Shown here: in pieces, positions 1 through 8,097 of the stretch
How positions within the stretch are numbered: the stretch's first letter is position 1
How the letters are laid out: every line of letters begins with the position of its first letter
Source of the DNA: Candidatus Bipolaricaulia bacterium
GTDB taxonomy: Bacteria > Bipolaricaulota > Bipolaricaulia > JBHIAT01
Assembly: GCA_046758705.1 (NCBI GenBank)
Contig: JBHIAT010000114.1
Coordinates: 1 to 12,150, forward strand
DNA length: 12,150 bases
Direction: 5' to 3'
The notes under the pieces: model-generated
Told to the model about the DNA's origin: nothing
What the model saw: the letters and a program-made list of their open reading frames with translations, nothing else
Database searches by the model: none
Position numbers and translations under genes: made by a program

Positions 1-135
1 ATCTGGGATTTGCTCGCCCCTCAGGATGAGCTTACGCCGCAGATCATCGCAGATTACGTCCGTGCATTCAGCCAGGTGACACAAGACCGGTTAGATGAGC
101 CCTACGAGTTCGCTGAGCAGTTGCCGCAAGCATGA
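1..135 (+). CDS. 3' end of an unidentified protein (partial, runs off the left edge)
   Basis: Frame 1 is open from base 1 to TGA at 133-135 (IWDLLAPQDELTPQIIADYVRAFSQVTQDRLDEPYEFAEQLPQA*). Composition is protein-like and it converges on pheA. No family recognised. Confidence 0.45.
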   Translation: MWDLLAPQDELTPQIIADYVRAFSQVTQDRLDEPYEFAEQLPQA

Positions 136-223
136 GCGAGAAGCGCGCCACATTGAGCTTCCCTTTGAATTAGAGTTGAAAGAAGCTTCCCGTTAAGGAT
201 ATAGACGGTGTTTTGCTCAAACC

Positions 224-1045
224 CTAAACTTCGTCCCCCTTCGGATATGAGCTCAACACCTTGAGGGTGACCGTAAAGTAGGCGAGTTCCTCTAACGCCC
301 GGTTTACCGGCGGATCGTCGAGATGTCCGTCAAAATCCAGATAGAACAGGTACTTCCAGTTCTCCCCCCGGATCGGCCGGGACTCGAGCTTGGTGAGATT
401 GACGCCGTTGGTGGCAAACCCGCCGAGACATTTGTACAACGCTGCAGGGAGATCGCGCGTTTCGAAGACGATCGACGTCTTGCACTCTTCTCGCACCGGG
501 GAGACCTCTTGGGAGATAACCAGGAACCGGGTCGCGTTATTCTCCAGCGTTTCGACCCCCTCGACCAGCACGACGAGACCATACTCCTGCGCAGCGATCA
601 CACTGGCGATCGCCGCCGCGTCACGCCTCCCTGATTCCCTCACCCATTTGGCAGCACCGGCCGTATCGTAGGTCGGATGTGGCTCAACACCGAGCTTACG
701 CAGAAAATCCTCACACTGGGCCAGGGCCTGAGGATGTGAGTAGACATGCCGGATCCCCGCGAGTGAGCTGTCCCGGTTGCCCAACAGCGAATGGTGTATG
801 CGGAGATAAATCTCTCCGATGATCTTCAGGTCATGATCGAGAAACAGGTCGTAGGTTTTGTTAATGCTGCCGGCGAGCGAGTTCTCGATCGGCACTACCC
901 CGGCATCGACCTCCCCGCGCACGACCCGACGGAAGACATCCTCCAGTTCGTGACACGGGACCGCCTCGCATTCCTCGCCAAAGTGTTTGAAGATCGCCTG
1001 CTCGCTGTAGGCGCCGCGTTCCCCCTGAAACGCGATCCGCATCAT
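224..1045 (-). CDS. pheA: Prephenate dehydratase (PDT + C-terminal ACT domain), monofunctional
   Basis: Motifs IAFQGERGAYSE, VVPIENSLAGS, YSHPQALAQC, TAGAA, catalytic N-x-TRF and the ACT ESRP motif (NLTKLESRP). SD-like GAGGGG upstream. No chorismate mutase domain. Start is 1045 or 1042. Confidence 0.95.
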   Translation of the reverse strand: MMRIAFQGERGAYSEQAIFKHFGEECEAVPCHELEDVFRRVVRGEVDAGVVPIENSLAGSINKTYDLFLDHDLKIIGEIYLRIHHSLLGNRDSSLAGIRHVYSHPQALAQCEDFLRKLGVEPHPTYDTAGAAKWVRESGRRDAAAIASVIAAQEYGLVVLVEGVETLENNATRFLVISQEVSPVREECKTSIVFETRDLPAALYKCLGGFATNGVNLTKLESRPIRGENWKYLFYLDFDGHLDDPPVNRALEELAYFTVTLKVLSSYPKGDEV

Positions 1046-1080
1046 CGCGATCGATCCCCTCGCCGAATGATGATCATTTC

Positions 1081-1100
1081 TGTTATAGTATAAAGTAACA
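1081..1100. promoter_or_regulatory. Overlapping divergent promoter elements inside the dyad TGTTA-N10-TAACA
   Basis: The + strand has an extended -10, TGtTATAGT (1081-1089), pointing to the M42 gene. The - strand has TATACT (plus AGTATA, 1087-1092) pointing to pheA. This is an AT-rich island in the 88-bp divergent gap. Confidence 0.5.
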
Positions 1101-1133
1101 ACCTTGACAGATCGACATCAAGGAGGATATCAC

Positions 1134-2201
1134 ATGGAGCGTCCATCTCTCGATTTCTTGAAGCGTTACCTGTCTACGATCAGCCCGTCCGGCTTTGAGG
1201 ACGAGGCCGCCCGACTCTGGGCTCAGGAGGCCGAAACGTTCGCCGATCGGGTTCGAGTCGACGTCCACGGCAACGTGATTGCCATCGTTAACGAAGGTGG
1301 AACTCCCCGAGTTATGCTTGCCGGTCATACCGATGAGATCGGGTTTATGATCACTTACATCGATGACGATGGGTACCTATACTTCACCTCGATTGGCGGC
1401 TGGGACCCCCAGATCATCCAGGGTCAACGCGTCTGGATCCGCACCACCACGGGGCGGGTCGGCGGGGTGATCGGCAAGAAACCGATCCATCTGCTGAAGG
1501 ACGAGGCACGCAAGCAGGTGGTCAAGGTCGAGGATATGTGGATCGACATCGGTGCAAACGGGAAACAGGAAGCCGAGTCGCTCGTCGCAATTGGCGACCC
1601 GGTCGTCCTCGCCCATGAGTTTGAGGAGTTGAGGAACGGCCTGGTCGTCTCCCGAGGCTTCGACGACAAAGCCGGTGCGTTCGTGGTGTTGGAGGCGGCC
1701 CGATTGCTTGCTGGGTTGGCGCCTCAGGCTGAAGTCCACGCGGTTGCCACCGTCCAGGAAGAGGTGGGGCTTCGCGGGGCGCGCACCAGCGCGTTCGGGA
1801 TCGATCCCCAGGTCGGGATCGCCGTGGAAGTGACGCACGCCACCGACTACCCCAGTATGGGGGGTGAGAAAAAGCAAATCGGCGAAAAGAAGATGGGGAA
1901 GGGACCGGTGATCAGTCGGGGGGCGAACATCAACCCCCGACTCTACGAGTTGTTGGTGGAGACCGCCCGGAAGCGCGAGATTCCCTACCAGGTCGAGGGA
2001 GAACCCCGGGGCACGGGGACAGACGCCAACGTGATCCAGCTGACCCGGGCGGGGGTGGCGACCGGATTGGTGTCGATCCCCAACCGCTATATGCACACCC
2101 CGTGTGAGGTGGTGAGCCTGGAGGATCTGGAGAACACCGCGAAACTGCTCGCCTTCGCTGTGGAGTGGATCGACGACGAGACAAACTTTATCCCGTTTTG
2201 A
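1134..2201 (+). CDS. M42 family metallo-aminopeptidase (TET/FrvX-like)
   Basis: Motifs SPSGFE, AGHTDEIG, IGGWDPQ, DMWIDIGA, FDDKAG, VQEEVGLRGA, GTDA and RYMHTP. The start is placed at ATG 1134, behind a perfect AGGAGG (1121-1126), rather than the TTG at 1104 used by the ORF track. Confidence 0.93.
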   Translation: MERPSLDFLKRYLSTISPSGFEDEAARLWAQEAETFADRVRVDVHGNVIAIVNEGGTPRVMLAGHTDEIGFMITYIDDDGYLYFTSIGGWDPQIIQGQRVWIRTTTGRVGGVIGKKPIHLLKDEARKQVVKVEDMWIDIGANGKQEAESLVAIGDPVVLAHEFEELRNGLVVSRGFDDKAGAFVVLEAARLLAGLAPQAEVHAVATVQEEVGLRGARTSAFGIDPQVGIAVEVTHATDYPSMGGEKKQIGEKKMGKGPVISRGANINPRLYELLVETARKREIPYQVEGEPRGTGTDANVIQLTRAGVATGLVSIPNRYMHTPCEVVSLEDLENTAKLLAFAVEWIDDETNFIPF

Positions 2202-2203
2202 CA

Positions 2204-2815
2204 ATGAACACTAGAGGTCGATTCCTGATCCAAACTGAGGTCGGCAAATCCTTGATCATCGAGACCACCCAGTTCGAGGCCAGTTATGCGACCTTCCTGC
2301 GTCGCAGACGGGGTGGGAGGATTCTGAAGCTGGAGAACTACACAAACGAGGGCGATGCACGGGCGGGTCACCGGCGCTGGGTTCGCCATGCATGGGAGGG
2401 AAAGCCGACCATCAAGCTTGTCGAAGCGGATAACGGGGTCGAGGAGGCAGAGGACCCGCGCTTCGATGAGGCGACGGTTCGGGAGCTGTGCGGGGTACCC
2501 GATCCCCACCTGTTAAGTCACTACAACATCACCGACGTTCAGGAGGGGAGCATCCTGCATCGAGCGCTCAGCTATGCGTTCAACCACTATCCCCAGGCAA
2601 ACTTCCTGGATGAACTCTCCTTCGGATCACTGGTGGAGTACTTTGTCACCGGCACCGGTTACTCCGAGGACTTCGGGACCGAAGAGTCTGCCAAGGAACA
2701 ACGGGCGAAACGAGCCGTTGTCGAGCTCTACCGCGAGTATAGGGGCGAACTCTCGACACAGCAGCTAACGGTTCGGGGGGTCAGCCTGCTAGAAAAACAC
2801 CTGTTGAAGCGCTGA
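2204..2815 (+). CDS. Hypothetical protein (203 aa), probably co-transcribed with the M42 peptidase
   Basis: ATG lies 2 nt after the M42 stop (TGAcaATG). The ORF fills the gap to the convergent MBL gene and has soluble-protein composition. No family recognised. Confidence 0.75.
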   Translation: MNTRGRFLIQTEVGKSLIIETTQFEASYATFLRRRRGGRILKLENYTNEGDARAGHRRWVRHAWEGKPTIKLVEADNGVEEAEDPRFDEATVRELCGVPDPHLLSHYNITDVQEGSILHRALSYAFNHYPQANFLDELSFGSLVEYFVTGTGYSEDFGTEESAKEQRAKRAVVELYREYRGELSTQQLTVRGVSLLEKHLLKR

Positions 2816-2846
2816 CGCCGGGTCACACTCACATCCACCCTCAGAT

Positions 2847-3614
2847 TCAGATTTCGACCACATCACCCAACCGATCCCGCGGGGCGATCCGCAGCTCAAC
2901 CTCAGTTCCCTCCAGATAACGACGAACGGTTTCCAACGCCAGATCCGGTCGGTTGTTGTTCTGGCTCAGGTGGGCGAGGACCGCGACCTTCATCCCTCCG
3001 GCGGCGAGTTTCGCCAGCGCCTCGCCACACGCTTTGTTGGACAGGTGTCCCACCTCACTGCGGATCCGCTGCTTGAGGTGCCAGGGATATCCCCCGTGGA
3101 TGAGCATGTCGAGATCGTGGTTCGCTTCCAAGATAACCATGTGACAACCTGCCAGAGCGTCGAGGACCGATGCGGTGACCACACCGAGGTCGGTGGCGAT
3201 CCCCAGTCGGATGCAATCGTCCTCGATGACCAAGCCACAGGGCTCCCGAGCGTCGTGAAACACCCGAAACGGATGGAAGGTCAGCGACCCGACGGCGAAC
3301 GGCTCGTCGATCCTGAAGGTATGCGTCCGGACCTTCCCGCCCAGCAAGTACCATTCGATCGCCTCGAGCGTCCGCTCTGTTGTATAGATCGGGCAGGCGA
3401 ACCGACGGGCCAGGACTCCAGCTCCATGGCAGTGATCGCTGTGCTCATGGGTGATGAGCAGCGCAGCGATCCGGTCAGGAGCACCCCCGATCTGTTGCAG
3501 ACGGCTCACGGCCTCCCTGGCGCTCAGGCCGGCATCGATGAGGACGTCCGTCCCGTTAGAACTGATGTAGAGGCAGTTCCCACTGCTTCCACTGGCAAGC
3601 GAGCAGAATTTCAT
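2847..3614 (-). CDS. Metallo-beta-lactamase-fold hydrolase, YycJ/WalJ (VicX)-like
   Basis: Motifs LASGSSGN, LIDAG, THEHSDH (HxHxDH), HDA, ATDLG, LEANHD, GHLSN and AHLSQNNN are typical of the YycJ subgroup. AAAGG SD. Confidence 0.9.
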   Translation of the reverse strand: MKFCSLASGSSGNCLYISSNGTDVLIDAGLSAREAVSRLQQIGGAPDRIAALLITHEHSDHCHGAGVLARRFACPIYTTERTLEAIEWYLLGGKVRTHTFRIDEPFAVGSLTFHPFRVFHDAREPCGLVIEDDCIRLGIATDLGVVTASVLDALAGCHMVILEANHDLDMLIHGGYPWHLKQRIRSEVGHLSNKACGEALAKLAAGGMKVAVLAHLSQNNNRPDLALETVRRYLEGTEVELRIAPRDRLGDVVEI

Positions 3615-3619
3615 GGCCT

Positions 3620-4051
3620 TTACTTTTGCTTATAGACCGCCGATGCCGATCTGGCCTCCAGGTATGCGACCAACTCGGCCCGGAGCCCATCGGTCAGATC
3701 CCGCCGGCCACGGAGTGGAAAGTCGGTGACGATGAACGCGTCGAGCCATTTGAGATCGACCTTTCCCGTCTGTCCCAACGCGAACAGATGTTCGGCCATC
3801 ACCTCGGCCAACTCGTCCAGGGAGCGATCGAGGAATTTTCCAATGGCCTTATCGTCGGCAAATGTGATTGCCATCCATACGCCCTCCCGGTCGATCCCTT
3901 CTAGGACGAGGTGGGCGGTCCTGAACGTCCGGTTGAACAGGTTGAGGATCGCGTCGACCTGCCGGGGGGAGGCGGTGTTGAACCCGATGGCCACCTCCGC
4001 GTTCTTCCGCCTCAGCAGGCCTTCGAGAGCGCCATGGGGCATATAAATCAT
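3620..4051 (-). CDS. Hypothetical protein (~143 aa) in the sdh operon
   Basis: Starts 6 nt after the sdhE stop with GGAG upstream and ends 5 nt before the MBL start. No Cys, no obvious TM helix, no family recognised. Alternative start at 4042. Confidence 0.75.
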   Translation of the reverse strand: MIYMPHGALEGLLRRKNAEVAIGFNTASPRQVDAILNLFNRTFRTAHLVLEGIDREGVWMAITFADDKAIGKFLDRSLDELAEVMAEHLFALGQTGKVDLKWLDAFIVTDFPLRGRRDLTDGLRAELVAYLEARSASAVYKQK

Positions 4052-4057
4052 CGAGAA

Positions 4058-4993
4058 TCAGCTCCAGCTCAACCCCAGTTTCTCCAGCACGCTCGCGGTC
4101 GAGACGACGTGCCGATTCATGCCGAGCTCCTTGGGGCTGAATCCCAGTGCCAAGCCGACCAACTGTGGCAGATGAAGGATGGGTAGGTCGATCCGCTCAT
4201 TCAAGAACGCACTCACCTCCGGCTGACGGGAGTCGAGGCTGAGGTGACAGAGCGGGCAGGGGGTGACCAAGCAATGGGCCCCGTGTGATTTGGCGTCGAG
4301 CAGACGGTCGCCGGCGAGCCGGAAAGTCGTCTCCTCGTTGGCCATCACCATTGGCCAGCCGCAGCACTTGCTCTTCCCCCGATACTCCACCGGTTCGGCG
4401 CCGACGGCGGCGATCAGGTTGTCGAGAGACATCGGCTGCTCTGGATCGTCGAAGCTGAGCACCGAGGAGGGCCGAAGCAGATAGCAACCGTAAAATGCAC
4501 CAACCTGTAGCCCATTCAAGGGCCGGACCACCCGCTCCCGGAGCTTGTCCAGACCGTAATCTTCAACCAGGATCCACAGCATATGCTTGACCTGGGTCGT
4601 GCCCTGGTACTCCATCCCCTCCTTCGCCAGCGCCTGGTTGGCGCGCTCCATGAGCGCCATGTTATCGTGGAGTTGCTTCTGGGAGATGCTGAGCACACCG
4701 TTGCAGGTGCTGCAGATTGTCATGAGCTCAAGACCGGTTCTCTCGGCCAGGGCCAGGTTGCGGGCGTTCAGGGTGTGGATCAGCTCGGGATTGCCCTCGA
4801 TCATCGTCCCGGATCCGCAGCAGCTCGACGACTCCAGCTCGACGAGCTCGATGCCGAGCCGCTCGGCGACCAGCCAAGTCGATTGATACAGCTCCCGACA
4901 CACCTGCCGAGAGACACAACCGGGGAAGAACGCATACTTCAGATCTAGATTCAGATTCAGGGTCTCGGTGTTCGCTTCGACTGCTTCAGCCAT
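4058..4993 (-). CDS. HdrB-like CCG-domain subunit of non-classical (type E) succinate dehydrogenase/fumarate reductase (the type E 'SdhE' anchor, not the flavinylation factor)
   Basis: Two complete CCG domains: FFPGC...SSCCGSG...ICSTC and FYGC...KCCGWP...TPCPLC, plus C-terminal LPILHLPQLVGLALG. Lies directly downstream of sdhB. AAAGGAG SD. Confidence 0.9.
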   Translation of the reverse strand: MAEAVEANTETLNLNLDLKYAFFPGCVSRQVCRELYQSTWLVAERLGIELVELESSSCCGSGTMIEGNPELIHTLNARNLALAERTGLELMTICSTCNGVLSISQKQLHDNMALMERANQALAKEGMEYQGTTQVKHMLWILVEDYGLDKLRERVVRPLNGLQVGAFYGCYLLRPSSVLSFDDPEQPMSLDNLIAAVGAEPVEYRGKSKCCGWPMVMANEETTFRLAGDRLLDAKSHGAHCLVTPCPLCHLSLDSRQPEVSAFLNERIDLPILHLPQLVGLALGFSPKELGMNRHVVSTASVLEKLGLSWS

Positions 4994-5017
4994 GGTCTCT
5001 GCCTCTCCTTTCGTCCG

Positions 5018-6058
5018 TTACTCTTGCTCTTGCTCCTGGCGCTGGATCACCCGACGGTAGATGCGTCCCACCTGATCGGCCCCCGGCAGCGACTTGAACA
5101 GTCGTCCCCAGGGCATCTTGCCGCTACGGGTGACGCGCAACCCTAAGGGGATGAGGTGGATCTGTTCCCTGAGATTCAGCCAACCGATCGACCGGGAGGC
5201 GAGGGTCATCTCATCGATCCAGCCGGCTTTGATCACATCCCGGGTGAACGCCTCAATGTGTCGGGTTCCGGTGTTTTTGATCTTGCCACGGCGCACCGTC
5301 TCTTCCCGCAATTCCATGATCGCGTCCATCGGCTTGACATCTGCGGGACAGACCTCAATGCACTCGAAGCAGTGCGTGCAGTCCCAGATGCCATGGGGTT
5401 CGTTGAGGAATTTGAGCCGTTCCTCGGCGGTGCCGTCCCGGGAGTCGAAGACGAACCGGTTCGCCCGAGCCAGGGCCGCCGGCCCCAGAAACTCCGGATC
5501 CATCTCCAGGCTTTCGCAGGTGGCGACACAGGCACCACACTGGATGCAATTGAGCACGTCATCCAGGCGAACCCGCTCCTCCGGACTTACCTGCCATTCC
5601 TGCTCCGGTGGCTCGCCCGTCGGCCGCAACCACGGGATCACCTTATTATCGTGATCCCAATGGACGCTCGTGTCGGTGACCAGATCCTTGATGACCGGCA
5701 TGTTCCCCATTGGCTCGACCAGCACCTCGTCGAACTTCTCCAGTTGATCGGTGATCTTCACCTTGCAGGCAAGCTTGTGGTGGCCGTTGATGCGCATCGC
5801 ACACGAGCCACAGACGGCGTGATGACAGGAGTGTCGGTAGGTGAGCGTTCCGTCGTGGTGCCACTTGATGACATCCAGCCCGTCGAGAACGGTCATCCGC
5901 GGTTCGAGGGCGATCTCGAAATCGTCGTAGCGCCCCCTCCCATCTCCGTCGGAACGGTAGCGATACACCTTAAAGCGCGCGGTGAGCCCTGCATCATCCG
6001 CTTTACCTGTTTGTCGCTTTGCCTTCTTCTTTTGCTTTTTGGGTTCTGCTTCGGCCAT
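5018..6058 (-). CDS. sdhB: Succinate dehydrogenase/fumarate reductase iron-sulfur subunit with C-terminal extension
   Basis: 2Fe-2S motif SCHHAVCGSCAMRING...LAC, VIKDLV, CIQCGACVATC, FLGPAALA and CTHCFECIEVCP. GGGAGG SD. Confidence 0.93.
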   Translation of the reverse strand: MAEAEPKKQKKKAKRQTGKADDAGLTARFKVYRYRSDGDGRGRYDDFEIALEPRMTVLDGLDVIKWHHDGTLTYRHSCHHAVCGSCAMRINGHHKLACKVKITDQLEKFDEVLVEPMGNMPVIKDLVTDTSVHWDHDNKVIPWLRPTGEPPEQEWQVSPEERVRLDDVLNCIQCGACVATCESLEMDPEFLGPAALARANRFVFDSRDGTAEERLKFLNEPHGIWDCTHCFECIEVCPADVKPMDAIMELREETVRRGKIKNTGTRHIEAFTRDVIKAGWIDEMTLASRSIGWLNLREQIHLIPLGLRVTRSGKMPWGRLFKSLPGADQVGRIYRRVIQRQEQEQE

Positions 6059-6076
6059 CGAGTTCCCTCCCCAGCT

Positions 6077-7777
6077 TTAATACTTGCGCTCCGCCGGTTC
6101 GAACTCGGTGATCGTCACCGGCGCGTAATCCATTTGTACCCCTTCCGGAGTTCGGAATGCATAGCTGTGCTTCAACCAATCCTCATCATCTCGTTCAGGA
6201 AAATCCTCCCGGTAATGAGCGCCGCGGCTCTCCTCACGGGCGAGGGCGCTGGCGACGATCGCCTCGGAGAAGTCAAGCAGCCGACCGAGTTCGAGCGCTT
6301 CCTGCAGGTCGGTGTTGAACAACGTCCCCTGGTCGTCGATTCCCAGGTTGCGGTAGCGCTCCATCAGCTCGGCGATCTTGGCCTGCGCCGCTTCCAGACC
6401 ATCGCGATCCCGGAAGACGCCGACGTTCTGAGTCATCATCCGTTTCAGTTCGTCGCGCAGTGTCACGGCTCGCTCCTTCCCGTCGCTGCCCAGCAGCCAT
6501 TTGATCTCTTCACGCACCTCGTCGATGGACGGAGGCTCCTGGAATTCCACCTGTTGCACATAGCGACCGGCCGCCGTACCGGACAGCTGGCCGAAGACGG
6601 CCACCTCCAGCAGCGAGTTCGTCCCCAGTCGGTTGGCTCCGTTGACCGAGACACAGGCACACTCCCCGGCGGCATAGAGACCGGAGACGATCTCGCCGGC
6701 TGCGGTCCGTTTCACCTCGCCGTCGAGCGTCACCGGGATGCCACCCATCGAGTAGTGGGCGGTGGGAGCAACCGGGATCGGCGCTTCGCTCGGGTCGACC
6801 CCGCCGAAGTAGGTAGCAAACTCGTAGACGGCGGGCAGTCGCTCCAGGATCTTCTCGCGACCCAGATGGCGCAGGTCGAGGTGCAGATAGTCCTTGCCGT
6901 CGACCCCCTGCCCCTCACGCACTTCAATGTACATCGCCCGAGACACGATATCCCGGGGGGCGATCTCCATCATCGTCGGGGCATACTTCTCCATGAACCG
7001 CTCGCCGCTCCCGTTGATCAGATATCCGCCCTCGCCGCGCGCCCCCTCGGTGATCAGGATGCCGGTCCCCGGCAGGCCGGTCGGATGAATCTGGACGAAC
7101 TCCATGTCCTCGATTGGCAACCCCTGACGGTAGACCATGCTGAGCCCGTCGCCGGTGTTCGCCCGGCCGTTGCTGGTCACCTGATAGGCCTGGCCGTAGC
7201 CGCCGGTCGCCAGGACCACCGCCTTGGCCTGGAACGCCTCGATCTCGCTGTTGGCAACGTTGTAGGCGACCAAGCCGGTGCAGACACCGTCATCGACGTT
7301 CAATGAGACGGCGAAGTACTCGTTGTAGAGGGTGATCTTCTCCTTGATGCACTCGCCGTAAAGGGTGTGAAGGATGACGTGCCCCGTCCGGTCGGCCGCA
7401 TAGCAGGCACGTTTCTTTTGATGGCCACCGAACGCCCGTTGGGCGATCCGACCGTCGGGGAGCCGGCTGAACGCCACGCCCATATGCTCGAGTTCATAGA
7501 TCGTCCCGGTGGCCTCCTTGACCAGCAACTCGACGGCGTCCTGATCGGCCAAATAGTCGGAGCCCTTGACGGTGTCGAACATGTGAAGCTTCCAGCTATC
7601 GTCCGGGTCGACGTTGCCGAGAGCGGCGCCCATTCCTCCCTGGGCGGCCACCGAATGCGACCGGAGCACATGGACCTTAGAGACGACTGCCACGTCCTCG
7701 ACGAACTCGCGCGCGGCAAGCGCCGCCCGCAAGCCCGCGATTCCCCCGCCGACGATCACCAGGTCGTGTTGCGGCAT
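6077..7777 (-). CDS. sdhA: Succinate dehydrogenase/fumarate reductase flavoprotein subunit
   Basis: GGGIAG FAD fold, [10 protein letters not shown] (His for covalent FAD), [56 protein letters not shown] and REESRGAH. No Tat or Sec signal. Confidence 0.95.
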   Translation of the reverse strand: MPQHDLVIVGGGIAGLRAALAAREFVEDVAVVSKVHVLRSHSVAAQGGMGAALGNVDPDDSWKLHMFDTVKGSDYLADQDAVELLVKEATGTIYELEHMGVAFSRLPDGRIAQRAFGGHQKKRACYAADRTGHVILHTLYGECIKEKITLYNEYFAVSLNVDDGVCTGLVAYNVANSEIEAFQAKAVVLATGGYGQAYQVTSNGRANTGDGLSMVYRQGLPIEDMEFVQIHPTGLPGTGILITEGARGEGGYLINGSGERFMEKYAPTMMEIAPRDIVSRAMYIEVREGQGVDGKDYLHLDLRHLGREKILERLPAVYEFATYFGGVDPSEAPIPVAPTAHYSMGGIPVTLDGEVKRTAAGEIVSGLYAAGECACVSVNGANRLGTNSLLEVAVFGQLSGTAAGRYVQQVEFQEPPSIDEVREEIKWLLGSDGKERAVTLRDELKRMMTQNVGVFRDRDGLEAAQAKIAELMERYRNLGIDDQGTLFNTDLQEALELGRLLDFSEAIVASALAREESRGAHYREDFPERDDEDWLKHSYAFRTPEGVQMDYAPVTITEFEPAERKY

Positions 7778-7824
7778 GGCCGTGGTTGAGCATCCTTTCC
7801 TGATTGCTTTTCTAATCGGATGGA

Positions 7825-7853
7825 ATTATAGCAAATGGGACCCGGTTCCACAA
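7825..7853 (-). promoter_or_regulatory. Sigma70-type promoter of the sdh operon
   Basis: The - strand reads TTGTGG (7853-7848), a 17-nt spacer, then TATAAT (7830-7825), with the extended -10 TGcTATAAT. It lies ~48 nt upstream of the sdhA ATG. Confidence 0.75.
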
Positions 7854-7947
7854 ATATCTTACCTGCCTTACCCGTCCGCTTCCCGGGATGCCATGATTAA
7901 CGTCATCTGGATGAATGATCTGAGTCATTGAGCTGAAGAAAGGGGGC

Positions 7948-8097
7948 TTGACAAAAGCAGCGCTTTCATAGATGTTCAACGGACACCAGCTAAGCCACAT
8001 AGGGAGCAACCTCCCGCAGATCACATCTTCGCTTTAAGAAGATGAACACCATGTTTGTCTAAAGGAGGTTTTTAAGATGGGAAGGATTAAAAGCTGA
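7948..8097 (+). other. Orphan expression signals: TTGACA, two short hairpins, perfect SD and a 6-codon ORF (MGRIKS*)
   Basis: TTGACA at 7948-7953. Hairpins GGGAG-caac-CTCCC (8002-8015) and CATCTTC-N7-GAAGATG (8024-8044). AAAGGAGGT at 8061-8069, ATG at 8077, TGA at 8095-8097. Confidence 0.4.

Noticed and set aside
136..223. Terminator between the left partial ORF and pheA; AGCTTCCC repeated at 156-163 and 184-191
   Set aside because: No GC stem with a U-tract is visible, and an 8-bp repeat is too short to interpret.
1821..1841. M42 metal-ligand position reads AVEVTHA (Glu) rather than AVDVT
   Set aside because: Conservative substitution that occurs in M42/M28-clan peptidases; the other ligands are intact.
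1377..3635. Long antisense ORFs 1377-2204 (-), 2087-2509 (-) and 2970-3635 (+)
   Set aside because: They overlap well-supported genes on the opposite strand and have no motifs.
6632..6652. Sdh[10 protein letters not shown] instead of the usual SVHGANRLG
   Set aside because: I recall Asn at this position in other Frd/Sdh flavoproteins, and the catalytic His and Arg motifs are intact.
5156..7306. 716-aa + strand ORF
   Set aside because: Antisense shadow of sdhA/sdhB, expected from GC-rich codon usage; no recognisable motifs.
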